DNA of 64,000 bases. Origin: the human T2T-CHM13v2.0 reference genome, Homo sapiens. Positions 49,636-62,332 of the stretch are shown here, piece after piece (within the stretch, counting starts at the first letter, position 1; each line of letters starts with the position of its first letter). The translations under genes and the position numbers were made by a program. The stretch lies in the NCBI RefSeq assembly GCF_009914755.1, contig NC_060929.1; one strand, given 5' to 3'. The notes below the pieces were generated by a model. It was not told where the DNA came from. It ran no database searches and was given only the letters and a program-made list of their open reading frames with translations.

Positions 49636-51574
49636 TAGAGAGTGAGAGTGAGTTTAATTAAAAGAGACACATTCTTGCCCCCATGGAGTTTACAGTCTAG
49701 AGGGTTCATGTGTGTCTAGGAGACATACACTAGCTAAATCATAACACAAGTGGAAAACTGAAGCTACCACAAATTTTTTAAAGTTACATGATGCCTTGAA
49801 CACCTGTAATAACCCAGAAAGATCTCACGACTTCCCTGAAGAAGTTGATGCTGGAAGAGATAGATGAAGGATAAATAGGAGTTTGCTAGATGAAGAGGGG
49901 AGAGAAATGCATTCCTAGCAAGCCCTCAGTAAATGCCCCTCATTAGCATTTTAAGCATATGATCACCGTCTTCTTGTTAGAATATAAGCCCAAAGAGTAT
50001 AGAGATAATGCCCTTGTCATCCCGTCACCACTAGGATAGCACCTTGAAGGAAGTAAATGCTCAGTAAATATCCTTGAATGAGTGAATGTTACAAAATCAA
50101 TGAATTTCTTGAATGAAATCAAAAGTAACTGCCATGGCCTCATCCCATGGCTTTATTCAGAAGGCAATTAAGGGAGATGCAAATTCTAGTAAAAAACAGC
50201 ATAGACCTTGCAATAGGACAAACAGTGTCTTCATTCAGGGCCTGTCCCTTGAGGGAAGTGACACCACATCTCAGTCTCAGCCTCCTCATATGTAGAAGGG
50301 GGGTAGGATAGTTTCTTTACAGAGTTCCTTTAAAGATTAAGATGGCACCTAATTAAAGGATGAACAAGAGTATGTAATCAAGAGATAAGTATTATTAATA
50401 TTAGTACTATGAAGACATTGGCAAATTTCAGGCATGCAGTTTTTCAAGGTTTGTAGGTTATTGAAGACAACAAGCCAGGTACAGCTTGAAGGCCAGAGGA
50501 TGTTATCACCCAAACACCCACCAGGCCTTTACCTTGCTGTACTTGCCTAGCGTTCATCCACACTCCTCATCCTGTCTCCAGTGACTGAGGGCCAGACTGC
50601 AGGGTTTAGATTCTTGATGTATTGGGTATGATATACTAGCAGTTGGTAACATTCTGGGGCCTCGGTTTCCTCCTAGGGTGGATCATACAGTGTCTGAACA
50701 GGTTAAAATCAGATAATTCATAGGCAACACATTCCACAGAGCCTGCACAGAGCTGAACAAGCAATACTTGTTCAGCTGTTACTATTAAAACCACCAGGCC
50801 CTGCTGGATTTTCTGTTAATTACCCTGTAAACTGAAACAGCCTTTCCTGGGCTAAGAATTGTTTCTTTTCAAAGATTCCCTATATGAAAAAAAGAGAAGT
50901 AACTCCTCTCTGACGTCTGGAAATCTAGCTTCCCCATCACTACGTCCTTGGGTGCAGGTTCAGAGCCACCGGGCAGCCTAGATGAGGCAGGTGAGCAGCG
51001 GCTGAAGACTCTGGAACCTTTGCTTCTCTCTGGAAGCTGCAGAGCTCGGCTCTGCCCTGCTCTGCGTTCCTAACCCTGGAAGAAGCGGTCTGGGTGCAGC
51101 CAAGCACTGGACATGCTCGCGAGAGCCAGGGCAGGCTCGGGTCGTCCGCAGGACTCGAAGGCTTGCTGTGCTCTCCTGTTTGCAGAGACCTGGGTGTAGC
51201 TGTGGTGCATAGATGTGGTGCATCGGGTGCCGAGCGGATCCCTCGGTGCGTGCAGCTAGGGATCCAAGCCTCCTCAGGCTAACCCTAGAGCCGAACTGAA
51301 CTCTGAGCCGCCCGGGGTTCGCGCGCTCAGTTCCTGGTCTTGGAAACGCCCAGCTGGGGTTCTCTCTGCAGACAAAGGGGTGCACGTGTCCCTAGCGCCC
51401 CTCTTTCTCAGCCGTGAGCCCCTCCCTGGCTGCGTACCCCGCAGCCACAGCAGCTGCAGCCCCAGCGCCACCACCCAACCCCGGCGGCCTGGGCCGGTGC
51501 GCGCTCTCGGGGCCCAGGGATTGGCTCGCACTCCCCATTCAGGGACCGCGAGGGCTAGCGGGCGGCGCACGGCG

Positions 51575-51577
<3 letters not shown>

Positions 51578-51619
<42 letters not shown>

Positions 51620-51680
51620 TGTGTGCGCGCGCGCGCGTGTGTTGTGCGGCGCGCGGGCGAGCGCGTGTGTGCGCGCGAGA
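51578..51680. repeat. (TG)n-(CG)n alternating purine-pyrimidine tract
   Basis: About (TG)19, then tgtgtgtgcgcgcgcgcgcgtgtgt and further gcgcgtgtgtgcgcgcg. Confidence 0.96.
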
Positions 51681-51719
51681 GCTCGCGTGCAGGAGTCACT
51701 GGGTGTGCGTGCGTGTGTT

Positions 51720-51831
51720 ATGGGTTTGATTCCAGAGCAGGTTGCACATTGGTCCTGGGTGGCTCGCAGGCTCAGGTCGTGCTTGGGCGTCCTCCTCCTA
51801 ATCGTTTCCGAAGTAGCAGCAGCAGCACCAC

Positions 51832-51878
<47 letters not shown>

Positions 51879-52163
51879 GCCGCGGCAACATCGAGCTCAG
51901 CGGCACAGCAGGCAGAACTGTGCAGAAGCGAGCACCGTTTGGGGAGTCCGGGGGGCGGGTAAGAGGGAGGAGGGGGAAAGCCTGTCTTGGTCTTTGGGAT
52001 TATTTTTTTTCCCCTTCTTTCCCTCTCTCTCTCTTTCTTGAGGGTGTGTGTTGCCCCCTCGAAGTGAAGGAATTTTGCTCCAAAGCGAGCTGGGACCGAA
52101 GACTCTAGGCTAAGTTATCTATGTAGATGGTGTCAGGGAGCGAAGCTACTGACCGAGCTGCTG
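51720..52163 (+). other. Putative first exon(s); start uncertain; donors CGG|GTAAGA (GT at 51959) and CTG|GTAAAT (GT at 52164)
   Basis: Position in the CpG island plus near-consensus 5' splice sites. Confidence 0.6.
51817..51882 (+). repeat. (CAG)3(CAC)3(CAG)14(CCG)2 trinucleotide repeat
   Basis: Counted directly from the sequence. Confidence 0.97.
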
Positions 52164-55100
52164 GTAAATGTTTTTCACTTCTTACTCTTTAATGCTTAAG
52201 GCTTTTTTCCCCTTTTCTTTCTTTCTTGTTTCCTTTCTGTTGCTCCTCATTCTGCAATCGCTCCTGAATCAGCTGCAGTTCTCTTTCTCTCCTTGCGTTT
52301 GTGCAGTTTACAACTTGTTTCATGGTTTTCTATGTATTTTTTTTTCCTCCTTCATCCTCAGATGAATGCTGGAACATTTAAATTCGGCACTTCGGGAGGT
52401 CATCATTAGTTGCATGAGTTTCAGGGGGGGAGGGGAAAGATTGCTAGAGCAGACTGTTATTTCCCTGCAGAAGGACTGCCGGTTTCTCTCTAATGTTCAT
52501 CGCAATTATAGGGATTTTTTTTTAGGATGCATTTTAACGTTGCATTGCTGTTTAAGGTTATCGTTCTCCAGGATTACAATGCATTTGACTCAGTTTTGAC
52601 AGCATGAGAGATGCCAGTGATTCCAGAACTACTGTATGGTACATGCTGGCTAAAATATTCAAAATTGCAGGAGGAATCATTTGCATTCCAAAAGAGAATT
52701 TCTTTAAAAATGCCGTTTTGCATCACATTGCTACAGATTTGCAGGAGGCAATAATAGACACCACTACCCATGTTGCTTGCAAAAGATAATAAACATATAA
52801 GTGCTTTAGTGCATCACATACTGTCTTGGGCTCCAGTGATTGAGCTATTGCTAAATTTACTTAATAATAAATTTAGGGCTATGGAGAAAGAGGGAGATTG
52901 CTGGTACTGTTTTATTCAAAATTGTGAGACACGTACAGCAATATCTCTCTTAGATCTTACTTGAAGTGGCATCTTGTCAATGGAGGGGAGGGTTCTGCAT
53001 ACACATGGAATAAAATTATTTAAAATAGCCAGCATAATGAATGCAAATTGAACTCTAACTCTTTTCTTAAAAATAGAACTCACTCTGTAACTCTGGCTGC
53101 CGGGATCTGTTTTAAATATTATTTAAAAATTAATATACAACAGCTCTTTAATGCATTCATATCATTTAAAGTTCTTTGGAGGGTTCTTGATCATTACCAT
53201 GTTTTATTTGTTTTGCTTTTTTCCTCTTAAGTTTTCAGTTCCAGTTGAGTAGAAAAACTGAAGGGCCAGTGAGTAAAGGCAAATCAGCAATTTAGAAAGG
53301 AATCAGTGTATAGTTGTAAAATTTCTGCTAAGCCATGGAAAAATGAACTAATATAATGGCAGCTTAAATGGAGGAAGGGGGCCTCTGTGGTACAGCAGGT
53401 TGCAGTTTCTGTACATGTATCATCATCCTGAGAAACCCTGAACTCTAAACTGAGATGAGGACATCCAGTTCAGGGATACTCTGAGACACATACATTCTAC
53501 AGAGGGAAAATGTTGTTATTCAAGGAACCCTCCTTCTGCTAGGTGGTTGCCACATCATAGAGCAGCAACTTGTCTATGTGCCAAGAATACGTTTGCAATA
53601 ATACTCTTAAACTTTGTTTAAATGTAAACTTAACTAATGTTGGAAGAACTACATGAAAAAGTGAAGGCTCTTCAGCCCCAAAAAACAAAACAAACTGTAA
53701 ATTAACTCAACTAGTCAGATCTTCTTTTATGTAGAAAAAAACCTACTCTAAGGCACCATGCAAATTCACCTGTTCTGGGTCCCCTGTGTTGACAAAAGCC
53801 TTTCTTAAAATTGTGAACAGAATTCCTAAGACCTAAAGCTTATTTCTTCCTTTGTAGTCTGCTGAAAGTAATAAGGCATTTTATTTAGAATGAAAGCTCA
53901 GCTTATTCATGGGTCCCTTGAGATGGCAATATTGCTGTTTTAAAATATTTTCATGGACCTTTGAATGGACTGTTTTGATCAAGTTAGTGGGGGGAAAATC
54001 CAGCTTGCATTCATTAAGACCACAGTTGTCTTTGAGTGAAGCATTTGTTTGTCTAGGTACTAAAGAAAAATGATTTCATATAGTAAACTTCAATCCTAAG
54101 AACCCAAGGTACCTAAAGCGTCAGGTTCCCTCCTTCTAGGACCCAAACCAAAAAGCAATATACCCCATGCTGGGCAGCTGTATTATTTCTCTGGCATATT
54201 CCACACACATGTGTAGGAAAAGATAACTGACCAGGCTAAGGGCTTATTTTGCTAGGCTCGTGGGGCAAGATTTCTAATTGTTATGTAACATATTCAGATC
54301 ATGAATTTATTTATGAAACATCAAAATTAGCTTCAGTTTCAGTATCTTCACTAGACTCGAAGACTATGAGTACGTTGATTTAAAGAACATTTTTTTCCTA
54401 CTGAGGTTGTTTTTTTTACCCACCCACCCCTCTGTCTACTTCTAGTTTCCTGGCAACTTCTGAAAAGCTCTGATAATTTGTGTTACAATATTAAACATAT
54501 CTACATTTTGGGTGTGATACCAGGTTAGATTACTATTCAAACAACTGGATTTGTATGACTCTTACATCGTTTGGTGTGGTATTGTGTTTGTGGCTTGTTG
54601 ATGGGTTTATTATGATAATAATTATTAAGTTTGTTAATTAAATCTTAACTAAGCTTCTTTTAACTTTTTGTGCCTAGTGTTGATTTCAGGTTAATGTATG
54701 AAAATAATACTATCATCTTGATAGCCTTGCTGGTAACTTAGATAGTTTCATTTCAACTGGTCTTCTTGTTAAATTTCAGCATGGCATTGGACTTAACTGG
54801 GGAGAAGGTAACTTGGGGTGATGGCTATGTAGAAAGATAGGTATCCGAGACTGTTGATTCATGGAACTTGTCAATCACATTTGGCTGTATTGTTAGAGTT
54901 CCTACTTTCATTTTGATAAGAATGGAGGTTTCTCTGCATGTGTGAATCCTTTATTATGCTATAGCTACTGAATGTTTCTTAACATTAATTGCTATTTTTT
55001 CATTGTGCAATTGAAGGGAACTTTGAACTACTTGTGTGTTTTTAAGGAAAACCTGTTTGGCTAGTTTTTTTCATTGTTTTCTTTCTGTGCAGATTAATTT

Positions 55101-58100
55101 TGAGAAGTGATTTCTGGTGAAATATGGTCAAGGTCATTTCCAAGGGCCTTTTTGTCCCTTCCCACTTGAGAACTAAAACTTAAACAGAAAGACAGACTTA
55201 AAGAGGCACAACTTAGCATCACCCTACTTAGCTTGAAGGGGGCAACATGAAAAGCCTATGTTATTGTCTTTCATTACTTTGTGTAAAGCAACAGTTTTGT
55301 TCTTTGAACTGCTGGTTCCCAGTAGCCCTGATGTACTCACAAGGAGAAACCCCCCATTCTGCACTCATAGTATATACCACAGATTCCCAACCTTCAGGGA
55401 ACATTGCAAGACATATATATATGTTTTTTTTGGGGGGGGGGAGGAGACATGTCTTTTGATACATTCTCAGTAGTAGGGGACATAGCAGTATTTGATTAAG
55501 CATGATGTATTTTCTAACTACATAATACTCTGCTTTAAGTTTTGTGAAAGCAACAGTAATTTTATGAGTCTTATTTGCTGAGAGCAAATAGCAGTTTTGT
55601 CAAAGTATTCTTTGTACTTCTGGTTTATATTTTGCTTTAAAGAGGGAATGTTCACATTGTTCAGTACTATGCACTATCAGCAACAGACTTTTTAAAAATT
55701 ATTTTGGGTTGTTTTCTCTCCTTAATAAACATAAACCACTACTTAACATAATTATTTTAGGTGTTTTAAGACTGTGTAATAAGAGGATAATATATCAGGT
55801 CCTGCTCATATTTCCAAAAGATTTCATAAAGTTATGGAGGTAGAAAATGTTTTCCCTAAAATTAATGTTACTCATGACTGCAGTCTATTTAATATATTGT
55901 ATACTACAGTATGATTCTGAAACTGAAATACTGCATCCTTTTTATGAATTCTTAATGGGAAAAAATGAAGCACCTCAGAAATAGTTTGCAAGTAAAGTTC
56001 CTTCGTTTTTACTGCCAGACTTTCACTGGCCCACCTCTCCTAAGTATAGAATTACGAGCCTTTCAGGTGAAAAGAATGATCAGGGAAAAAGTACAGTAAT
56101 GTGCTTTTCGAATGTACTATGAGTGAAAAGAGAGCAGGTGTTTTTACACTTTTCCTATGAGTTTGATAAAGAGAAACTGAAACCAAGTAACACAGCTAAT
56201 ATGTTAGAATAGAATCTATATTCCCCATAAAGATTTTTTTCTACTGAACAATAGGAATTGATCTTTGATGGAACAATTGACAGCATCCCTTATCTTATCA
56301 ACATGGTGTTGCTCTTGCCAGAATATTCGTGGTAGATGCTAAAGAACCACCTCTGTCTTGGGAAATATAACAGTGCATTGTTTGGGGGGAAAGAGAGGGT
56401 TTCTTTGAAAGTTGAGACTTCTCAGGACTTGACAGCAATTCTTTGAGAGACGCTTGAGTCACTTGGATATTTGTTCAGATGACCTATGGAGAAAGCCCAG
56501 TGTACTCTTCCATCTCTAATTTAGTTCTGCTACAGGTTTTTGGAACATAAATATGAAGTTTTCAGCTCATTCATTCTTACTATTACATGAGTTTATGATT
56601 TCTGGAATGTGATGCAGATCTATAAAAGTATAGAACCCAGCTTTCAAAAAGTCAGTCAGTTTTACTGCTCTGTTGACTAAATTATTTAGCTGTATGTAAG
56701 CTTAAGCTTATTTGAAAAAATATTAGAAGTTTTGTATAATCTTTTCTGTTAATATGACTTTTGTAAAGTGCTTTTATTAAGTTATATAAAAGGGAGTTAT
56801 GTACCTTGTAAAATAAAGAACTCATTTATGAATTTGGTTCCAAAGAATAAGTCATTTCTTTTGTTTATTTAGGTTTTGCAATTTTTAATTTACCTAGTAG
56901 GAGACAAGGACTAAAGCGGGAGGATGTAATTGGTGTGATGAAGATGAAATTGATACTAATGATAATATACCGATTCTAAATCTTAAGGTGGGACACATCC
57001 TGGAGGATTCTCTTGGAAAAACTTTACATTTAAATGTCATTTTTATTATTGCTTAGAACTTCACTGATACTCAATATTTTGACATCTCTCCTACTTCAAT
57101 TAGAAGAATAAGTGTCTATGTGGAAAAAAAATGCTACTAAATAGAAATGATTTTTGGCAGAGGTTAAAAAATCTCATAATGTGAAATAATTACTTCAGAA
57201 AATTGTATAAGCTGCTTGCTATATTTGTAACATGTTTTTTTAAAAAAGTCACTTCAAAATTTTATTGTAAATGTTGGAAATAGTCAAGTTAGGTTCCTAG
57301 ATTGTTTCTAGGAATAAAACTGAACCATGATAGAAGATAGCTATATTCGTGCATATGGCTAGTCCAAACAGTAAATATCTACATAGTTAAAATCATTTTT
57401 ATTGCTAGATAACTCCTTGCAACAGACTTTCTGATCTTAATTATGATAATTTTTCCAAGCCATTTCATATGTAAGAGTATATAGTTATATATTACACATT
57501 TCAGTAGAAATCACTTAGAAGAAACATAAGCAAATTAAAGCTACAGGAAAGTATATTTTAGTCTTTATTTTTTAAAAATTCCTTCAATAAGTAGTTTTTG
57601 GATTCCCAAGACAGGCCACGTACTGAGCTAAATCTGATGCTAAAAGTAATTTGATGCCAAAAGGATGTCTAAGAAAGTAAATGCCAATAGGGGTGGTTCC
57701 TTTTTGAAAAAAATACAAATAAAGATTTTTGCTCTTTATGTCTAAAGCATATTAGAAAGGTGGTTTGGTTATAATTCATTTTGGGTTTTTCTCAGGCAGT
57801 AATTGCATACAACTATCCACGCATCCTCTTCCTTCCATTGTGTCCAGCTCATTTCTATTCATGGAGCCTGGTGTGATATGATACCTGGAATTGGAGACCT
57901 AAGTCAAGGTTTGGCACTACTGGCATGGATTCAACAGATGCCCGAGAAAAGGGCAGTGTGAATTGTGGGAAGAGGATGCAGACAAGAGGAAAATTTATTC
58001 TGTAGTTGGCCACCATTTTCCTACAGTAATGATTCTGCCACCAGTTTTATTTTTAACCCCACTGAAACTTCTTGAGAAGGCACAAACTGGCTTCTCTATA

Positions 58101-60057
58101 TTTTAATCCTATGAATAATAACATAATTATTAGAAAAGCATTTCACAGTGGTTAGGGCTCCACAACTTGTGTGACCCAAAATCTAATTTTTGTCTTCTCT
58201 AATCCTGTTTATATATCCCCACACATAATCAGACGCAGTCAGATGAAACCAATTACTAAAGGAAAAAAATCAAATTTATTTATTATATTTATTGGATGTG
58301 TCTGTTGCTTAATTATCCATTGGCAAATTTACATGTGGCCACAGAGAGGGCTGTGGATGAGTGTGGAAAACGGTCAATCATCACTTCTTACAGTCTAGAG
58401 GAGGCTCCAAGAAAACAAGGGGGTGAAAAAGGATCCTTTCTCATTCCTGTCAAGCTGAGAATCTAAAAACTGAAAGTCATCACCCAAAAAAGTGACAGGT
58501 GTTTGGCTTGACATAGAAAAATCTCAAAAAGATTGAGAGTTACCAAAGTTTTCTTAACCACCTGATGTAATGTTAGGAAGAAATGAAGGTGGTCTGTACT
58601 CTTTGCAATAAATAATGATTTAGATGTTCAAAGGTGTGTGTTGGAAAAGTAGCTCAAATGATCAAACAAAGCAGATCACCAAGTACATCCCTCAGCTGTG
58701 CTTTTGGGGACAAAGATGGAAGGATGGTGGGGTGAGATGAGATAAGGTGAGCATGAAGGACAGGTGAGGTGCAAAACAGTGTTTGCAGAATTTTATTGAC
58801 CATTATGAATAATTCAAGTGAGCAATGCAAAGTCCAAGATAGCACCACTAACACAGTGAATTAAAATAGATTTTGTGTTTGGCCTTAGAGTGTAAGGACA
58901 TACACAGACTTATTTTGGGACTTGTATGTTTTGGTTAAAAAAATTCCTCATCACAACCAAAAATGGTTTTCTTCTCTTTTTTTACTCTGCTCTCAGTTTA
59001 ATGGGATCAATCTTGAGCACAGCTTATTTTGTATTTTTTTCCCACTTGTTATCATCATACATTTTTGGAAATTTATCATTGTAGAAATTTCCTTTTCAAA
59101 TAGATAAAAACTGGAATAACTACCCTTTTAAGGAAATACGGCAAGGTTAGATTGTTATAAGAAGTGTATCTTATTTATATAATTCTTCAGTTCCAGGGAC
59201 CACAAAATCTTTAAAGTCCATCCCATTCATACTCCCAAATTTGAAAGTATATATGAACTTCAGGGGGAAAACAAACTACTGTTGAACTTGAGACATTTGG
59301 AAGCTGTCCTCTAGGAATTACTGAATGAAACATGTTTTAAGAACTGGGGCACACCATTATTGCATAATTTAGAGAAGTCACTGGGTAAATTACGACTTAT
59401 TGTGAATTGCCATTTATTTGTAGAAGCTACCATTCAGTTCAAGCACTGTAGATTATCCTTTTGTCACCAATGGCTGCAGAGAAGTTAAGAACACCATGAG
59501 TCTTGGGAGTGGTTTGATGCTTGTGGACTTAGCAAGAAAATATTAGAGAAGAGCATTTTTTTTTATATTTGTTGTAATGTATATTTTAAAAGTTATTCTG
59601 TAATAGAAGTTATTACAGAATAAAACTTGCTCTCAGCAGGATTCATTGCAGAAGCCAAACAGTAAATAGATAGAGAGCCTGAACTCTTCTTCCTACAGCA
59701 GTGATTTTTCACCCAGCTATTCCCTAAGGCCACTCTAGGTATATGAGGGGCACTGGTTCTTTTTATATGATTTGTGTATGTTCCCATAGATTGTGAAGTC
59801 TATTCCTGGGCAATTTTCAAGTTAAAATTGTGTTACGGCTACCCTGAAGGTTGTCATTTCTTGGTTTTTCTCTTGTCAGTCAATTCATAAGTGTTTATTA
59901 AGCCCCCATGGGGTGTACACAGAATCGTACACAGTTTGGGGAGGGGGGAAAATGTGTTTGTGGATGATTGCTGTCTGCTCTAGAAGCAAAAGTACTATTG
60001 TGTGTGTGTGTCTGTGTGCATATGCATAAAATTGTATTTTAATCACAGAAGTTTAGT

Positions 60058-60061
<4 letters not shown>

Positions 60062-60093
<32 letters not shown>
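60062..60093. repeat. (TG)n microsatellite
   Basis: Direct sequence. Confidence 0.95.
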
Positions 60094-60095
<2 letters not shown>

Positions 60096-61204
60096 AGAAC
60101 TCCAAATGTATTTACTCTGAGAAAAGCATAGCTTCAGGTGAGATCAAGGATATAACTTCTCAGCTTTCTGTACTCTTTTTTTTTAATTGAGATATCTAAT
60201 AACAGACATGATTAAGTAAAGGGTAAAGCCAGACGGTCAGTATTAAACTGTGTATCCTTGCCAGGAGGATGCAGATCATTGTTCACATCTGGGTTTCAGA
60301 GTATGGACAAATTCTGATGCCGGTCATTTTTAGGATGTGCCGGTTGCCTGTGTAAATTTAACCAGTGAATAGATAAATGACTCCATGCCCCCAAGCTGTC
60401 AATTTACATTTTTCATGAGCAATGAATCAATTTATGATTTACTTTTATTTCAAGAAGGGGTTTTGGAAAAATGATTGGAATTGAGAAGGAGAGAAAATTT
60501 TCAAGCATTCCCCAAATGCTCCATGGATGAAAAATGTTCTCTAAAGGATTGTATTTCTCTGTTGAACTTGAAAGCATGTAGCGAATATGTAGGTTCTGGG
60601 ATTTACTTTCCAAAACTTATTCACACTCTTAGATTCATCTTTTATCAATCATTTGTGGGAAGGGTAATATTCTTGAAAAGCACCAGGTGAATAGCTCTGA
60701 AAGTGGATGGCAAAGGCAGAGTGCTTGGCGGCACTGACCCTTTCCACAGCCCCAGGTAATAGCTTCCTAGACTTGGCCAGGCAGCTCTGACTTTTGATAT
60801 CATCCATCAGGCTCTTGATTAGAGCTCATTTTGACTGTGATTTTCAAGATGTACATATCTCAATTCCAGTAAATCATAGCTAAGCCATCAAAATTTCCTT
60901 TCCATCTTCTGTTCCTTGTTGATCTGAATCAGAGAAGCAATGGCTGGAAAAAAAAAGAAAGAGCTTTTGCTGATGTGTTCCCCATTTCAACTTTGACTCA
61001 GCTCTTTTCCTGTTGGGTTTCTAAGGATTTATGAAATTGTTTATCTCTTACTGCCAGTCCTTCTGAATGCAGTCTTTTTGATGAGGGACTATTATTTACC
61101 ACTCACCAAATTGCAGATTGCAGGATCTCTTAATTTATTTTCCAATAATTTATAGAATTAACCAACACAGAATACATCTGTGCAATTTGAATTATTATTT
61201 TTGA

Positions 61205-62332
<1,128 letters not shown>

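Larger units (their letters stand above)
51110..52165 (+). promoter_or_regulatory. CpG-island promoter of an unidentified gene, most likely transcribed on the + strand
   Basis: Sharp non-repeat rise in GC and CpG content; + strand splice donors at its 3' edge, followed by pyrimidine/AT-rich intron-like sequence. Confidence 0.85.

Noticed and set aside
51817-51876. Poly-glutamine coding tract
   Set aside because: An in-frame TAG at 51814-51816 immediately precedes the repeat.
51380-52108. 242-aa poly-Ser ORF and the antisense 141-aa ORF
   Set aside because: The 242-aa ORF starts at GTG; both stay open because of GC-rich, microsatellite composition.
51110-52165. Assigning a gene symbol to the CpG-island gene
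   Set aside because: There is no recognisable coding exon in the window; a BLAT search is required.
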